Below, piece by piece: positions 1 through 9,843 of a stretch of 28,943 nt of DNA. This stretch comes from an uncultured Oligoflexus sp. Lineage in GTDB: Bacteria > Bdellovibrionota_B > Oligoflexia > Oligoflexales > Oligoflexaceae. How positions within the stretch are numbered: the first letter of the stretch is position 1; every line of letters begins with the position of its first letter. The notes beneath the pieces are model-generated. The model did not search any database. It saw nothing but the letters and a program-made list of their open reading frames with translations, and had not been told where the DNA came from. The DNA lies in NCBI GenBank assembly GCA_964236955.1, contig CAXSGP010000038.1, positions 11,892-40,834 on the forward strand, written 5' to 3'. A program made the translations under genes and the position numbers.

Positions 1-767
1 TCAATGACCTTCTCGTGGCTTTGAAGGATTCCAACTGGCAAATCGGGGTCGTGACGACGACGGTAACAAGTGTATTGGGGTTCGATCTTTGCAGACTCTC
101 GCTGATCAAATCGACCGATACGGAGTCAGAAAGAAAATTTTTAGAAGCCGTTACCCCTGGCGTCAATGGTTCTGGCAATGAAGAGGGCATCCGGCAGGCT
201 GTCAATGCCCTGAAATGCCGCGAGAAGCCTTGGGTCAGACCGCTTTCCACCGTGGCAGTCCTGATCGTCAGTGATGAGGACAACTGCAGCAAGAACGGCT
301 CGGACTGTGCCGGTCAAAAATCCAATACCGAGCAGTTTCTCATCGATTATGTCGAGAAGGACCTTAAACGAGAGATTGGCAAAAATGCCGGATTTTATGG
401 AATCTTTGCGCCACCTTCGGAAACCTGCCCCACTGCGGGATCGGTTGGTACCCAATATCAAAAGCTGGTCGACTACAAAGCGAACGGAGCCATAAATTTC
501 GGTAATATCTGCGATGCAAGCTACAAGTCGACACTCGAGCGAATTTCGAACAGCATCGCCCGCTTGCTAAGCAGCCAATTTACTCTCAAGCAAAAGCCTG
601 AATCGAACACGCTGACGGTTCAAGGTGTCAAAAGCAACGGAGATCCGATCTCAGCCACCGACTACACGTTGGATGGCAACGTCATCACCTTCAAGTCGGG
701 AAGTGAGCCGGCCCTGGGTTCGGAAATCGTTGTCAGCTATAAGATCTCGGCCAATATAAGTCATTGA
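1..767 (+). CDS. 5'-truncated vWA-like, Cys-rich extracellular protein with a C-terminal beta-rich (Ig-like) domain
   Basis: The frame is open from position 3 (NDLLVALKD...), so the gene starts upstream of the window. It has WQIGVVTT and VLIVSDEDNCS strand/acidic motifs, several Cys, and a beta-rich C-terminus (PALGSEIVVSY). Confidence 0.6.
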   Translation, partial: NDLLVALKDSNWQIGVVTTTVTSVLGFDLCRLSLIKSTDTESERKFLEAVTPGVNGSGNEEGIRQAVNALKCREKPWVRPLSTVAVLIVSDEDNCSKNGSDCAGQKSNTEQFLIDYVEKDLKREIGKNAGFYGIFAPPSETCPTAGSVGTQYQKLVDYKANGAINFGNICDASYKSTLERISNSIARLLSSQFTLKQKPESNTLTVQGVKSNGDPISATDYTLDGNVITFKSGSEPALGSEIVVSYKISANISH

Positions 768-988
768 ACGTCATTATCCGCCAGACGCGAAACTGGGGTC
801 GTCCTTGCTTGATGGTCACTGCTGGTCAACCTTAGGATGGCCTGCAGGCAAGCACGAGTCGCCACTCATTTTCTCCTTGCCACGACTGCAGCCCATGGGT
901 AGAAAAAAGATAGCTTTCCCGGCAAAAAATTGATGACGGTACGGCATTGCCCGAGTCTTCGACAGGGCTGTCCCATCCTAGGAGACCT

Positions 989-2110
989 ATGATGACAGAA
1001 GAACAGTTCATCTTCAGAAAAGCCATGCCCGAAGATAACGAGCGTCTAATCGATCTCGCCCGTCGCTGCCCCATGAAAGGGCAGTTTGAGATGTATACCG
1101 ATCGTAAGCCCGATTTTTTTGCCACCAATCGCCTTCAAGGGGAAAGGGCCCATATTCACGTTGTCGAACGCGCCGGAGGCCAACTCGTGGGCTGTGTGGC
1201 TTTTACCGAGAAAGTTGAGATGCGGGACGGCAGGGCAATCAAGGTTCTGCACATCGGTGATATGCGAACGGATCCCTCCCTTCGGCGTAGCAGGATCGCG
1301 GCGAAGCTGGTCGATATTTACAGAGAGATGCTCTATTCAGGCGAATTCGACCACGGCATCGTCGAAATCCTACAGGGCAACGAGGCCGCTGTCGCCCTCC
1401 ATAAATTGCTGGGCGATGATTTTTATGTGGGCGTCGAAGGCAAGATCAATTTTTATCAACTCTTTCCCGTGCGGGCTTACTGGCTTTCCAAGGCCTGGAC
1501 CTATCGCAAGGCATCAGCTGCCGACCTGCCCGCCATCGCCGGCTTGATGCGGGAGAGCTATGGAGAATTTCCAGGTGCCAGCGATTTCTCATTACCATGG
1601 CTGAAGAATCAATTGTCACTGCATTCGTCGTTCGGCCTGGCCGATCTTTGGGTCGCTGAGGATAAGGCGGGAACGGTTGTCGCCAGCGCCGGCCTTTGGG
1701 ATCAAACTTCGTTTCGACGGACGGTGGCATCACGATTCAACAAAGGGATGAAGAAGACAGTGCGGGCCATGGCTTTCCTAGGTCTCCTGTGGAAACTTCC
1801 GCCTGTTCCCAGGGAAGGCCATGCCCTGCACTATCTCTTTATACGCTGGCCGGTAGCGGCCCAGCAGAACATCGAGGCTTTAGCCGGTTTGAATCGTTTT
1901 CTGTCGAATCGTGTTCGAAAGGAAGGCCGGCATCAATTTCTAAGTATCGGCTTCAACGAGAATGACCCCCTGCTCGCTTCAGTCGAAGGCATGACCAAAC
2001 TCAAAGAAAATATCCAGGTCTTTTCCCATTGGGTAAAGGCCTCCAGCAGTTACCAGTCGTCTGCCGCTCATCCCATGCGCAAACGCTTTGTCGATCTAAC
2101 TTTGATCTAA
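989..2110 (+). CDS. GNAT-family N-acyltransferase, probably a tandem GNAT fold
   Basis: AGGAGA at 980-985 precedes ATG 989. Motif A-like HIGDMRTDPSLRRSRIAAKL and GNEAA are present. A second GNAT-like start (YRKASAADLPAI) appears mid-protein. Confidence 0.7.
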   Translation: MMTEEQFIFRKAMPEDNERLIDLARRCPMKGQFEMYTDRKPDFFATNRLQGERAHIHVVERAGGQLVGCVAFTEKVEMRDGRAIKVLHIGDMRTDPSLRRSRIAAKLVDIYREMLYSGEFDHGIVEILQGNEAAVALHKLLGDDFYVGVEGKINFYQLFPVRAYWLSKAWTYRKASAADLPAIAGLMRESYGEFPGASDFSLPWLKNQLSLHSSFGLADLWVAEDKAGTVVASAGLWDQTSFRRTVASRFNKGMKKTVRAMAFLGLLWKLPPVPREGHALHYLFIRWPVAAQQNIEALAGLNRFLSNRVRKEGRHQFLSIGFNENDPLLASVEGMTKLKENIQVFSHWVKASSSYQSSAAHPMRKRFVDLTLI

Positions 2111-2165
2111 AGAGAATAGAAAAGCGCCAGGCCAGGGCTATCGAGCCCGCCCGGAGCTGGACTAT

Positions 2166-4370
2166 TCAATGGTGGGCGTTTCGATCCCTGGCATTCTCCA
2201 GCCTCAGCACATAAAGAGCTTCCTCACCGGCCAGTAGTATGGCATCACGCGAGCCTTCAGGAGCGATTGCGGCCGCGTTTTGAAAAGCTAGCGACGCGGC
2301 TTCATAATCTCTCAGTTCAAAGCGACGATTGCCAATAAACTTCCACCATTCCACAGCAAAACTGTTTGGTAGGTCGACCGGAACCGGACGCTGGACCAGG
2401 GAATCGAGCAGATCACGATTGCCTTCATTGAAACGATGATTGCGCAGATAAAGATAATTGAGCAGCCAGGGCACCTGCGAAGGCGAACCATCCAGATCAG
2501 GGACGTCAGTCGACTGGCCTGAAAGCAGGGCTAACCATTCCTGGGCTTTGGCATCGGGCAATCCACTGAGTATCCTGCGGCTCCAAAGCTGCCGGAGTGG
2601 TCCGTCACCCAACTTAAATCGTTGCAGTTGAACAAGCAGCCTATTGATAAGGGCTTTGGCCTCGTCGAAACGCTTCAAATTGATGAGTATATCAAATTCA
2701 AGTGTTGCCCCCTCCACATCCTCCATGGCCTTAGGGGGATCCGCCCGTTCTTTGCGCACCTTGGCCAATAGCTCTTCGGTGGCGCCATGGTCGGAATAAT
2801 CCACCCTTAGAATTTGCATCCGCGTCGATGGTCCATCTTCTATGGTGAGGCGCCAGGGCCAATAATCTTTTTGAATATTCCAATCCCTAGGCTGGCGGAG
2901 TTTGATCCATCGACTCTGGGAAGAATTGGCCAGCAGTGCTTTGGAGTGAGGGCATTTATCATAGAGTAGGCCAGGATAGCGATAGAGTGCCTCGGCGGTG
3001 AGGTCTTCCGTCTTGTCGCCATAATTCTGTTCGAGGAAACTCGTCCAGTCGCTTACGATGGACTGAGTTTCTTTGCCGAAGGTCTCCTGCCAGGAGGCTC
3101 CAGCGTAGAGTGCCTTGACCTTGGCAATTCCATAGTGATCGATAAGAAAGGTGATGAGTGAACCGGCAACGGTGTAGGCCCGACGCCCTGATTCACCCCA
3201 AAACATAGGCGAAAACAATTTTACCGGGTCAACCTTTTGGGAATGGAGAATGTTCGCGGCGCCACTATGCAAAGATACATCCTCTTCGCTCGGCGCAAGG
3301 GCTACGGCCAGGCCTTCGGTGAAGGCCATGTTCGGATGAAAACCGAGTCCATAAAAAGCAAACGATGAAGCCATGGCGTGAACGAGTTCATGCCGAAGCG
3401 TGCCGTGCGGCCACCCTTCGGCGATGATATGCACCGATGGGGTTTTTACATCCGTGATATCCGTGCCATCGCCGCCAAACCAAAGTTTCTTATCATAGCG
3501 AGAAGGATAGATGTAGAGTTGAACGCGGGTGTCGTAGGTCTGGAGTTTTTTGGCAATATCCTGAGTGTGAAATTCTGCCGATGCAAATATCTGATCGATG
3601 ACCTCGGCCGATTGACGGGATTTTTTTTGATTGTAATGCAGGGTGAAAAACCGGGATTCGCGGGTGTCAGGCATCAGTTCATTCAGGGCCGCTATACCAT
3701 GCGTTGTCGATGGATATTTTGCCGCTTGCCAACCCGCGCCTATGGCTAGGGCGAGCGCGGTACACGCCAGGCCCCGACCGACGCGTCGATGAAAGATCGC
3801 CAGCATGATCAGAGCGATCGCTATTAACGCATGACTGCCGCGGGACCAAATAATTCCAGAATCGACACCGATGCCGTTGTCATAGATTGCGCCATGTATA
3901 AATCCTGTGAGAAGATTCGTGATTCTTTTTTGGGGCATGCTCCAGAGCGTCCAGGCCATCTGCAAAAATAGACTGAAAATCACCAAAACATAGGTCGGCA
4001 CTATACGTTTCGTCTGGCGTTCCCTGCCCTTCAGCATCAACCAAGCGGCGCCGTGACTCAAAAGCAGATGCGGCAGAATCTGCACCAACCACCAAAAGCG
4101 AAAGTCATTTTCACTGCAATGGCAGCCAGCAAACTGAAACATGAGCCAGGCAGGCAAAAAGCTTAGGATTGCCGACAGCAGGACCTGAAGTCCAGCCCTT
4201 CGAGGGCTGGGCAAAGTTTGCTTTGGTAAATAATAGAGGATCAGGGGCAACGTAAGAAGAAGGTAAGCTACCAGGCTCGCGTATTCATATTCGAGATTGC
4301 GCGCCAGGGGAATGAGCAGAGGCAGTGTCGACGCCACGAGGACGAGTAGAGACGTGAGTAAAATATTCAT
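2166..4370 (-). CDS. Multi-pass membrane protein with a peptidase MA/gluzincin-like domain and a helical (TPR-like) C-terminus
   Basis: GGAGG RBS; about 7 hydrophobic segments in the first ~220 aa; LRHELVH (HExxH) followed by FTEGLA (candidate third zinc ligand). Confidence 0.65.
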   Translation of the reverse strand: MNILLTSLLVLVASTLPLLIPLARNLEYEYASLVAYLLLTLPLILYYLPKQTLPSPRRAGLQVLLSAILSFLPAWLMFQFAGCHCSENDFRFWWLVQILPHLLLSHGAAWLMLKGRERQTKRIVPTYVLVIFSLFLQMAWTLWSMPQKRITNLLTGFIHGAIYDNGIGVDSGIIWSRGSHALIAIALIMLAIFHRRVGRGLACTALALAIGAGWQAAKYPSTTHGIAALNELMPDTRESRFFTLHYNQKKSRQSAEVIDQIFASAEFHTQDIAKKLQTYDTRVQLYIYPSRYDKKLWFGGDGTDITDVKTPSVHIIAEGWPHGTLRHELVHAMASSFAFYGLGFHPNMAFTEGLAVALAPSEEDVSLHSGAANILHSQKVDPVKLFSPMFWGESGRRAYTVAGSLITFLIDHYGIAKVKALYAGASWQETFGKETQSIVSDWTSFLEQNYGDKTEDLTAEALYRYPGLLYDKCPHSKALLANSSQSRWIKLRQPRDWNIQKDYWPWRLTIEDGPSTRMQILRVDYSDHGATEELLAKVRKERADPPKAMEDVEGATLEFDILINLKRFDEAKALINRLLVQLQRFKLGDGPLRQLWSRRILSGLPDAKAQEWLALLSGQSTDVPDLDGSPSQVPWLLNYLYLRNHRFNEGNRDLLDSLVQRPVPVDLPNSFAVEWWKFIGNRRFELRDYEAASLAFQNAAAIAPEGSRDAILLAGEEALYVLRLENARDRNAHH

Positions 4371-4385
4371 CTTGCCTCCAGCGCA

Positions 4386-4805
4386 TCAAATACCGCTAAA
4401 GAACTGCCAGGGACGAGAGCCTTGACGGCAGATCAGAAGCAGTTGGTGGCGATTTCTGAGTACGGTTTTGGTGAGGTGGTGTCTATCATCCTGGTCGGCA
4501 AGATGAATGTCTTGGAGCATAGCCTCAAACATCGTTTCGATCGACTGGAAAAAATTAGCCAGTCGATGACTTAAAAAACACTCACCTGGCACCATGTTTT
4601 TTGGTCCAGATTTCTTCACTTCTTCATAATCACGGAAGGCATCGCAAAGGGCTTCGTTGCCACAGAGTTCGGCCAGGAGTTGCAGCTGCTTGATCTTGAT
4701 CTCGATCTGCTCCAGGGTCTCAGACTTATAGACGCTCGCCCGGTAGTAGCTTAGCTGCAGGAGGATCTCCGATTTGATTTCATGGCATAACTCGATTAGT
4801 TCCAT
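4386..4805 (-). CDS. Hypothetical all-helical protein (~139 aa)
   Basis: GGTGA lies 7 nt before ATG 4805. A promoter-like element lies inside the longer ORF extension. The stop is 15 bp from the next gene. Confidence 0.6.
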   Translation of the reverse strand: MELIELCHEIKSEILLQLSYYRASVYKSETLEQIEIKIKQLQLLAELCGNEALCDAFRDYEEVKKSGPKNMVPGECFLSHRLANFFQSIETMFEAMLQDIHLADQDDRHHLTKTVLRNRHQLLLICRQGSRPWQFFSGI

Positions 4806-4881
4806 AAGGATATCACCGCGGTCATAACATGGCATGGAAAGCTCCTTGATGTAAAAATCCAACATAAAGGTCTGCCCTTTT

Positions 4882-4912
4882 ATTTTAGCAAAGGACAGTC
4901 GAGTCGTGTCAA
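4882..4912 (-). promoter_or_regulatory. Candidate sigma70 promoter
   Basis: Minus strand reads TTGACA (4912-4907), 19-nt spacer, TAAAAT (4887-4882), with an extended -10 TG. Confidence 0.45.
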
Positions 4913-5166
4913 ATCCACGTCCCATAAGGCTTTAGTTGAAAGAGGAGACTTTCCCGAAAAAGCTCTGTGCTTCCCCGGCATTGCTCATAAAAATATATTT
5001 TTGCCGGCACAATGGGTGTCTTGACGGGCATTTCAAAGTATGCAACATCCCCTCTGCTGGCGTCGTTGCCAACCTGATCGGCAGACGCAGAAAGGAAGTC
5101 GCCTGTCGGGATCGACTTCCTTATTATGAAAAACTGTATGAAATTATTATGGGCGGGGAAATGGGA

Positions 5167-5745
5167 TTACCAGCGTGTGGTAATACTGCCTTCGGGTGAG
5201 GCAAGAATGAGTTCGCTGCTGCTGTTTACGGCATCGGGCTGATTTGCTGATGGCGTTTGATCGAAGATGATCAGGTATTCAGCACTCCAGTTGGTGATTT
5301 CGGGGAAAAACACCTGCCATCGCTCTTTGGGTAAGAGCGGTTTGATAGCGCTGGGCTTTAATACGCTGGAACCCGTACGGAGCTGTATAGCCCAAATGCG
5401 ATCGTCAGCGAGTTCCTCGAGTTTAATATTCGAGGAATACAGCGTCACAAAAAAGGCTGTTTTTTGGCTCGCGTCAGTCAACATAGGCTGAGGTTCGAGA
5501 AACACTTTTTCATGACGTTTTGCCATGGCCTGACGAAAATTGCTGCTGAGGCTGGTGATGCTGACCTTGTATTTGGTCACGAACTTATCGACAAAGTCAA
5601 ATCGCTGCGTCGATTCCAGATAGAATTTATTGTAGTCAGAATCGTCAGGCACGGGTGTGGGGGTCTGCAATTGAGTGGCGTCGATGGTGCTGAGACAGCC
5701 GGGCAGTATGAGAAGACAGCTCGCAATGAGGAACTTTTTTAACAC
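5167..5745 (-). CDS. Hypothetical lipoprotein
   Basis: GTG start with a GGAG/AGGA RBS; basic N-terminus, hydrophobic stretch and lipobox LPGC. Confidence 0.7.
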   Translation of the reverse strand: MLKKFLIASCLLILPGCLSTIDATQLQTPTPVPDDSDYNKFYLESTQRFDFVDKFVTKYKVSITSLSSNFRQAMAKRHEKVFLEPQPMLTDASQKTAFFVTLYSSNIKLEELADDRIWAIQLRTGSSVLKPSAIKPLLPKERWQVFFPEITNWSAEYLIIFDQTPSANQPDAVNSSSELILASPEGSITTRW

Positions 5746-5884
5746 TATCCTGCTCCACTCCCTTAAAAACCGACTACGGATGGCAGCCTGGAGATGCCAG
5801 CGATAAGGGTGAGACCCCGACGAACCGGAACGTCTCCCATGATGAGAGAATGTCCAGCTGCAAGGTCAAGTTCACAAGATCTCT

Positions 5885-6766
5885 TCAGATCGTGACCCGG
5901 TTACGGCCATCCGTCTTAGATTGGTACAATTTTTTGTCCGCGTCCTCAAGGAGAGAATCCGGCCCCTGCATTTTGGGAATCAGCTGCGATACGCCCGACG
6001 AAACCGTCTGCTTAATGACGTGACCCTGAATTTCGAACTTGTGGTTTTCAAAGAGACCTCGAATCCTCTCGGCGAGCTCATATGCCGTTTTCGCATCCGT
6101 TGAAGGCAAGAGGATTACGAATTCCTCACCCCCATAGCGACAGAAAATATCGTCTTTCCGTATTGTGGATTTTACCAGGGAAGCAGTATCCCTCAGAATG
6201 CCGTCCCCAACACTGTGACCGTAGGTATCGTTTACTTTCTTGAAAAAATCCAAGTCAAAGTAAATGAGAGACAGAGGACGGGCATAAGCGCGGGCGAATT
6301 TGAATTCGGACTCCAAGGATTCAATAAGGTACTTCTTATTGAAGGTGTTGGTGCCGACGTCAATCGTGGCCATTCGGTAGATCTTGTCATGGAATACGTT
6401 TTCAACGTTGCCCTGGGCAAAGAATTTGAAAACGATATTACCCAGCCTAATGATGTCACCATCACGGAGAGTCTGGCGCCCGACAACCTTTTTGTCATTG
6501 ATATAAGTGCCGTTGGAGCTCCCTAAGTCAACCATGACGACTTCGTCACTCTGCTGGACACATTGCGCATGGGATCGTGAGACGCTCTGCTCGTTGATAA
6601 CGATATCGACAGTTGGCGCTCGGCCCACCGTCATTTCGTTGTGGTCCAAAACATAGCGCTTCCCCAGATTCGTCCCGCTATACTGTACGAGACAGGCGGC
6701 CGACTTCTTAGGCGGATTGAAAATGCTGGAGCCGGGGTCGGCAATTATGGTCTTATCGTCTGCCAT
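5885..6766 (-). CDS. FHA-GGDEF diguanylate cyclase (Bdellovibrio DgcB-like architecture)
   Basis: FHA motifs VGR, SVSRSHA and DLGSSNGT; GGDEF-domain motifs DLDFFKKVNDTYGH and RYGGEEF; RxxD I-site (RKDD). Confidence 0.92.
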   Translation of the reverse strand: MADDKTIIADPGSSIFNPPKKSAACLVQYSGTNLGKRYVLDHNEMTVGRAPTVDIVINEQSVSRSHAQCVQQSDEVVMVDLGSSNGTYINDKKVVGRQTLRDGDIIRLGNIVFKFFAQGNVENVFHDKIYRMATIDVGTNTFNKKYLIESLESEFKFARAYARPLSLIYFDLDFFKKVNDTYGHSVGDGILRDTASLVKSTIRKDDIFCRYGGEEFVILLPSTDAKTAYELAERIRGLFENHKFEIQGHVIKQTVSSGVSQLIPKMQGPDSLLEDADKKLYQSKTDGRNRVTI

Positions 6767-7034
6767 GTTTGGTCATGCACTCACAAAGATGTGATCTGGG
6801 CATTTGTCATGGTCCAAGAATAGCACCTCGCGTGCAGCCGTGCAATCCAACGGGGTAATATATGCGCTCTGAATGTCGAAGTCCTTACGGAGTAGGGCTT
6901 TCAATAACGGATTTTCTCTTGTCCCAAGGCATCCACTCGTTCATAGTAACTGACTTGGCAAAAATTATTAACTTCTCACTGTCCAGATTCATAGCAAGTC
7001 CGCTTTTCTGTGAGAAGGACCTGGGGATAAAAGC

Positions 7035-8372
7035 ATGCGTCTAGCGATCGTTGGTACTGGCTATGTGGGCTTAGTAACAGGTGTATGTCTTTCTGAAGTT
7101 GGGCACGACGTGACTTGCGTGGACTTGGATACGGATAAGGTGGCGAGGCTTAAACGAGGCCAGTGCCCTATCTTTGAACCCGACCTCGAAGGCATGATGA
7201 AGCGCAATCAAAGTCATGAGCGGCTGCATTTCACCATAGATTTGAAAAGCGCCCTGGATGGTGCCAAAGTTGTATTCATTGCAGTCGGTACGCCCGAGGA
7301 CGAAGATGGTTCCGCGGATCTTTCCCATGTGAAGGCCGTCGCCAGGTCGATAGGCCAGCTTTTGACCCACGATATAATAGTCGTCGTCAAATCCACAGTT
7401 CCGGTTGGAACCTGCGACGGTGTCCAAGCTGTGATCGCCTCCGAGCTGCAGGTCCGTGGGCTCAATTTTAAAGTTACCGTGGCTTCAAACCCTGAATTTT
7501 TGAAGGAAGGGGTGGCCGTCAGCGACTTTATGAAGCCGGATCGCATCGTGGTCGGCGTTAACGACCTTTCCGTCAGTGAGACTTTCCAGGAAATCTATAA
7601 TCCCTTTATTCTCGATGATCCGGGACGTTTGCTCATTATGGACCGACGCTCTTCGGAGTTGAGTAAGTATGGGGCTAACGCCATGCTTGCCACGCGCATC
7701 AGCTTTATGAATGAAATGGCCATACTCTGTGAAAAGCTTGGAGCCAATGTCGATAAGGTCAGGATCGCGATGGGTGCCGACCCTCGCATCGGCAGAAAGT
7801 TTCTGCATGCCGGACCTGGCTATGGTGGGTCCTGCTTTCCTAAGGATGTCGCGGCGCTTATTCATTCGGGCCATAAGCTCGGAGTGGAACTCAACGTGCT
7901 CCATGGCGTGTCGGCCGCCAATGTCCGGCAGAAGGAATTTGCGGTTTCAAAGGTCGTCAAACACTTTGGCTCTCTCAAGGGTAAAAAGATCGCCCTGTGG
8001 GGCCTGACCTTTAAACCTGGCACTGACGACGTTCGGGCCAGCCCTTCTTTGGTCATCATCGCCAGGCTTCTCAAAGAAGGGGCCGCAGTCGGTGGGCATG
8101 ATCCCGAAGGCATCACGAACTTTAGCCGACTTTTTGGGGAAGCCAAAGGGCTTAGCTATTCCGAGCAGGCCTATGACCTTCTAAAAGATGCCGACGCCTT
8201 GGTGCTGGTTACCGAGTGGAGTGAATATCGACGGCCCAACTGGGATAAAATCAGCAGCCTGATGCGGTCTAAGACCGTTTTCGATCTGCGCAACCAATAT
8301 GATGCGCAGGATCTGGTGAAACGCGGTTTTCATTACGAATGCATCGGGCGTCCCGATTCCGCTCGGTTTTGA
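7035..8372 (+). CDS. ugd: UDP-glucose 6-dehydrogenase
   Basis: GTGYVG Rossmann motif, AVGTP, KSTVPVGT, NPEFLKEG and catalytic GYGGSCFPKD. Confidence 0.93.
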   Translation: MRLAIVGTGYVGLVTGVCLSEVGHDVTCVDLDTDKVARLKRGQCPIFEPDLEGMMKRNQSHERLHFTIDLKSALDGAKVVFIAVGTPEDEDGSADLSHVKAVARSIGQLLTHDIIVVVKSTVPVGTCDGVQAVIASELQVRGLNFKVTVASNPEFLKEGVAVSDFMKPDRIVVGVNDLSVSETFQEIYNPFILDDPGRLLIMDRRSSELSKYGANAMLATRISFMNEMAILCEKLGANVDKVRIAMGADPRIGRKFLHAGPGYGGSCFPKDVAALIHSGHKLGVELNVLHGVSAANVRQKEFAVSKVVKHFGSLKGKKIALWGLTFKPGTDDVRASPSLVIIARLLKEGAAVGGHDPEGITNFSRLFGEAKGLSYSEQAYDLLKDADALVLVTEWSEYRRPNWDKISSLMRSKTVFDLRNQYDAQDLVKRGFHYECIGRPDSARF

Positions 8373-8394
8373 CACTCTAGAAAAGGACCGTAGC

Positions 8395-9834
8395 ATGGGC
8401 GATCGAAGATATAACACTGTCGTCATAGGGGCAGGGGCCGGTGGACTGGTTTCCGCCTATATGAGCGCGGCTCTCAAGGCCAAGGTCGCTTTGATCGAAA
8501 AGTCCAGGATGGGTGGCGAATGCCTTAATAGTGGCTGCGTTCCTTCGAAAGCACTGATACGGACCGCTCGCTTTGTTCATGATTTGAGGCGGCATGAGGA
8601 GCTTGGGGTAGCGGACTTGGCATTTAAGCTGGATTTTGCTCAGATCATGGCGCGTGTGCACGAAAAGATCGCCGACGTAGCCCCCCATGACAGTGAGGAA
8701 CGTTACAGGGGTCTCGGCGTCGAATGCATTCAGGGGGAAGCCGTCATACTCGATCCCCATAGGGTCCAGGTGGGCGGGCGCATCCTGCAAACCAAAAATA
8801 TCATCCTCGCCCTGGGCGCTAAGCCCTTCATCCCGGCAATTAAAGGCCTTGAAGAATTTCCCTATCTCAGTTCGGAAAATCTCTGGGAACTGAGGGAGCT
8901 GCCGAGGCGTTTGATCGTGCTGGGTGGTGGGGCCATCGGCTGTGAGATGGCGCAGGCTTTTGCCCGGCTCGGGTCTCAGGTGACACAGGTCGAAAAGCTG
9001 CCGCGACTGTTTGCCAAAGATGACCCTGTGCTTGCCGAATCCGTTGTTCAACGAATGAAGGAGGATGGTGTTTCCATTCTGACGAGCACCAAGGCCGTGG
9101 CGGTCTTTAAAAGAGACGGCGAGAACTTGATGCAATGCCTCCGCTCCGATGGGCGTGAGATTGAACTTGTCTTCGACAGCATCCTCGTTGCTGTCGGGCG
9201 CAAAGCCAATACCGATGGCGTCGATTGGCAAAAACTCGGCGTCGAGCTTAATGCTGATGGGACCTTCAGGGTCGATGAGTTTCTGCGGACCACGCAGAAA
9301 AACATTTATGCCTGCGGGGACTGCGTCGGACCTTTTCAACTGACCCAGGCGGCCAGTCATCAGGCCTGGTATGCTTCCACAAATGCCCTGTTTTCCCCTT
9401 TCAAACGCTTCAAGGTCGATTATACAGTTCTGCCTTGGTGCACTTACACCGATCCCGAGATTGCCCAAGTCGGTCTCAATGAAGAGATCGCTGTCCAGTT
9501 CAATATCCCTCATGAGATCACCTTTTATGATTTGGCCGATTCCGATCGGGCTATCGTCGACAGTGAGGCCTACGGAGCGATCAAGGTTTTGACCGTTCCT
9601 GGCAAGGATAGGATTCTGGGCGTTACGATCGTGGGTTCCAAAGCCGGTGAACTCATCGCGGTCTATGCCCTGGCCATGAAGAATGGTCTGGGCTTAAGAA
9701 AAATTCTGACTACGGTTCATGCCTATCCCACGCTGATGGAAGCCAATAAAGCTGTGGCTGGAGCCTGGACCCGTCCCCGTATTCCGAAGGTGGCTCTCAA
9801 ATGTCTCGAGGTATTTCATCGATGGCGAGCTTAA
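8395..9834 (+). CDS. FAD-dependent pyridine nucleotide-disulfide oxidoreductase (mercuric reductase/dihydrolipoamide dehydrogenase-like)
   Basis: GAGAGG, redox-active GGECLNSGCVPSK, GGGAIG, YACGD, YTDPEIA and HAYPT. AAGGA RBS. Confidence 0.9.
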   Translation: MGDRRYNTVVIGAGAGGLVSAYMSAALKAKVALIEKSRMGGECLNSGCVPSKALIRTARFVHDLRRHEELGVADLAFKLDFAQIMARVHEKIADVAPHDSEERYRGLGVECIQGEAVILDPHRVQVGGRILQTKNIILALGAKPFIPAIKGLEEFPYLSSENLWELRELPRRLIVLGGGAIGCEMAQAFARLGSQVTQVEKLPRLFAKDDPVLAESVVQRMKEDGVSILTSTKAVAVFKRDGENLMQCLRSDGREIELVFDSILVAVGRKANTDGVDWQKLGVELNADGTFRVDEFLRTTQKNIYACGDCVGPFQLTQAASHQAWYASTNALFSPFKRFKVDYTVLPWCTYTDPEIAQVGLNEEIAVQFNIPHEITFYDLADSDRAIVDSEAYGAIKVLTVPGKDRILGVTIVGSKAGELIAVYALAMKNGLGLRKILTTVHAYPTLMEANKAVAGAWTRPRIPKVALKCLEVFHRWRA

Positions 9835-9843
9835 AGGAAAATC

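Noticed and set aside
8377..9513. 378-aa antisense ORF
   Set aside because: It is a shadow of the conserved flavoprotein gene and has no motifs of its own.
8395..9834. Mercury resistance gene merA
   Set aside because: No C-terminal Cys-Cys, no N-terminal metal-binding domain and no mer neighbours.
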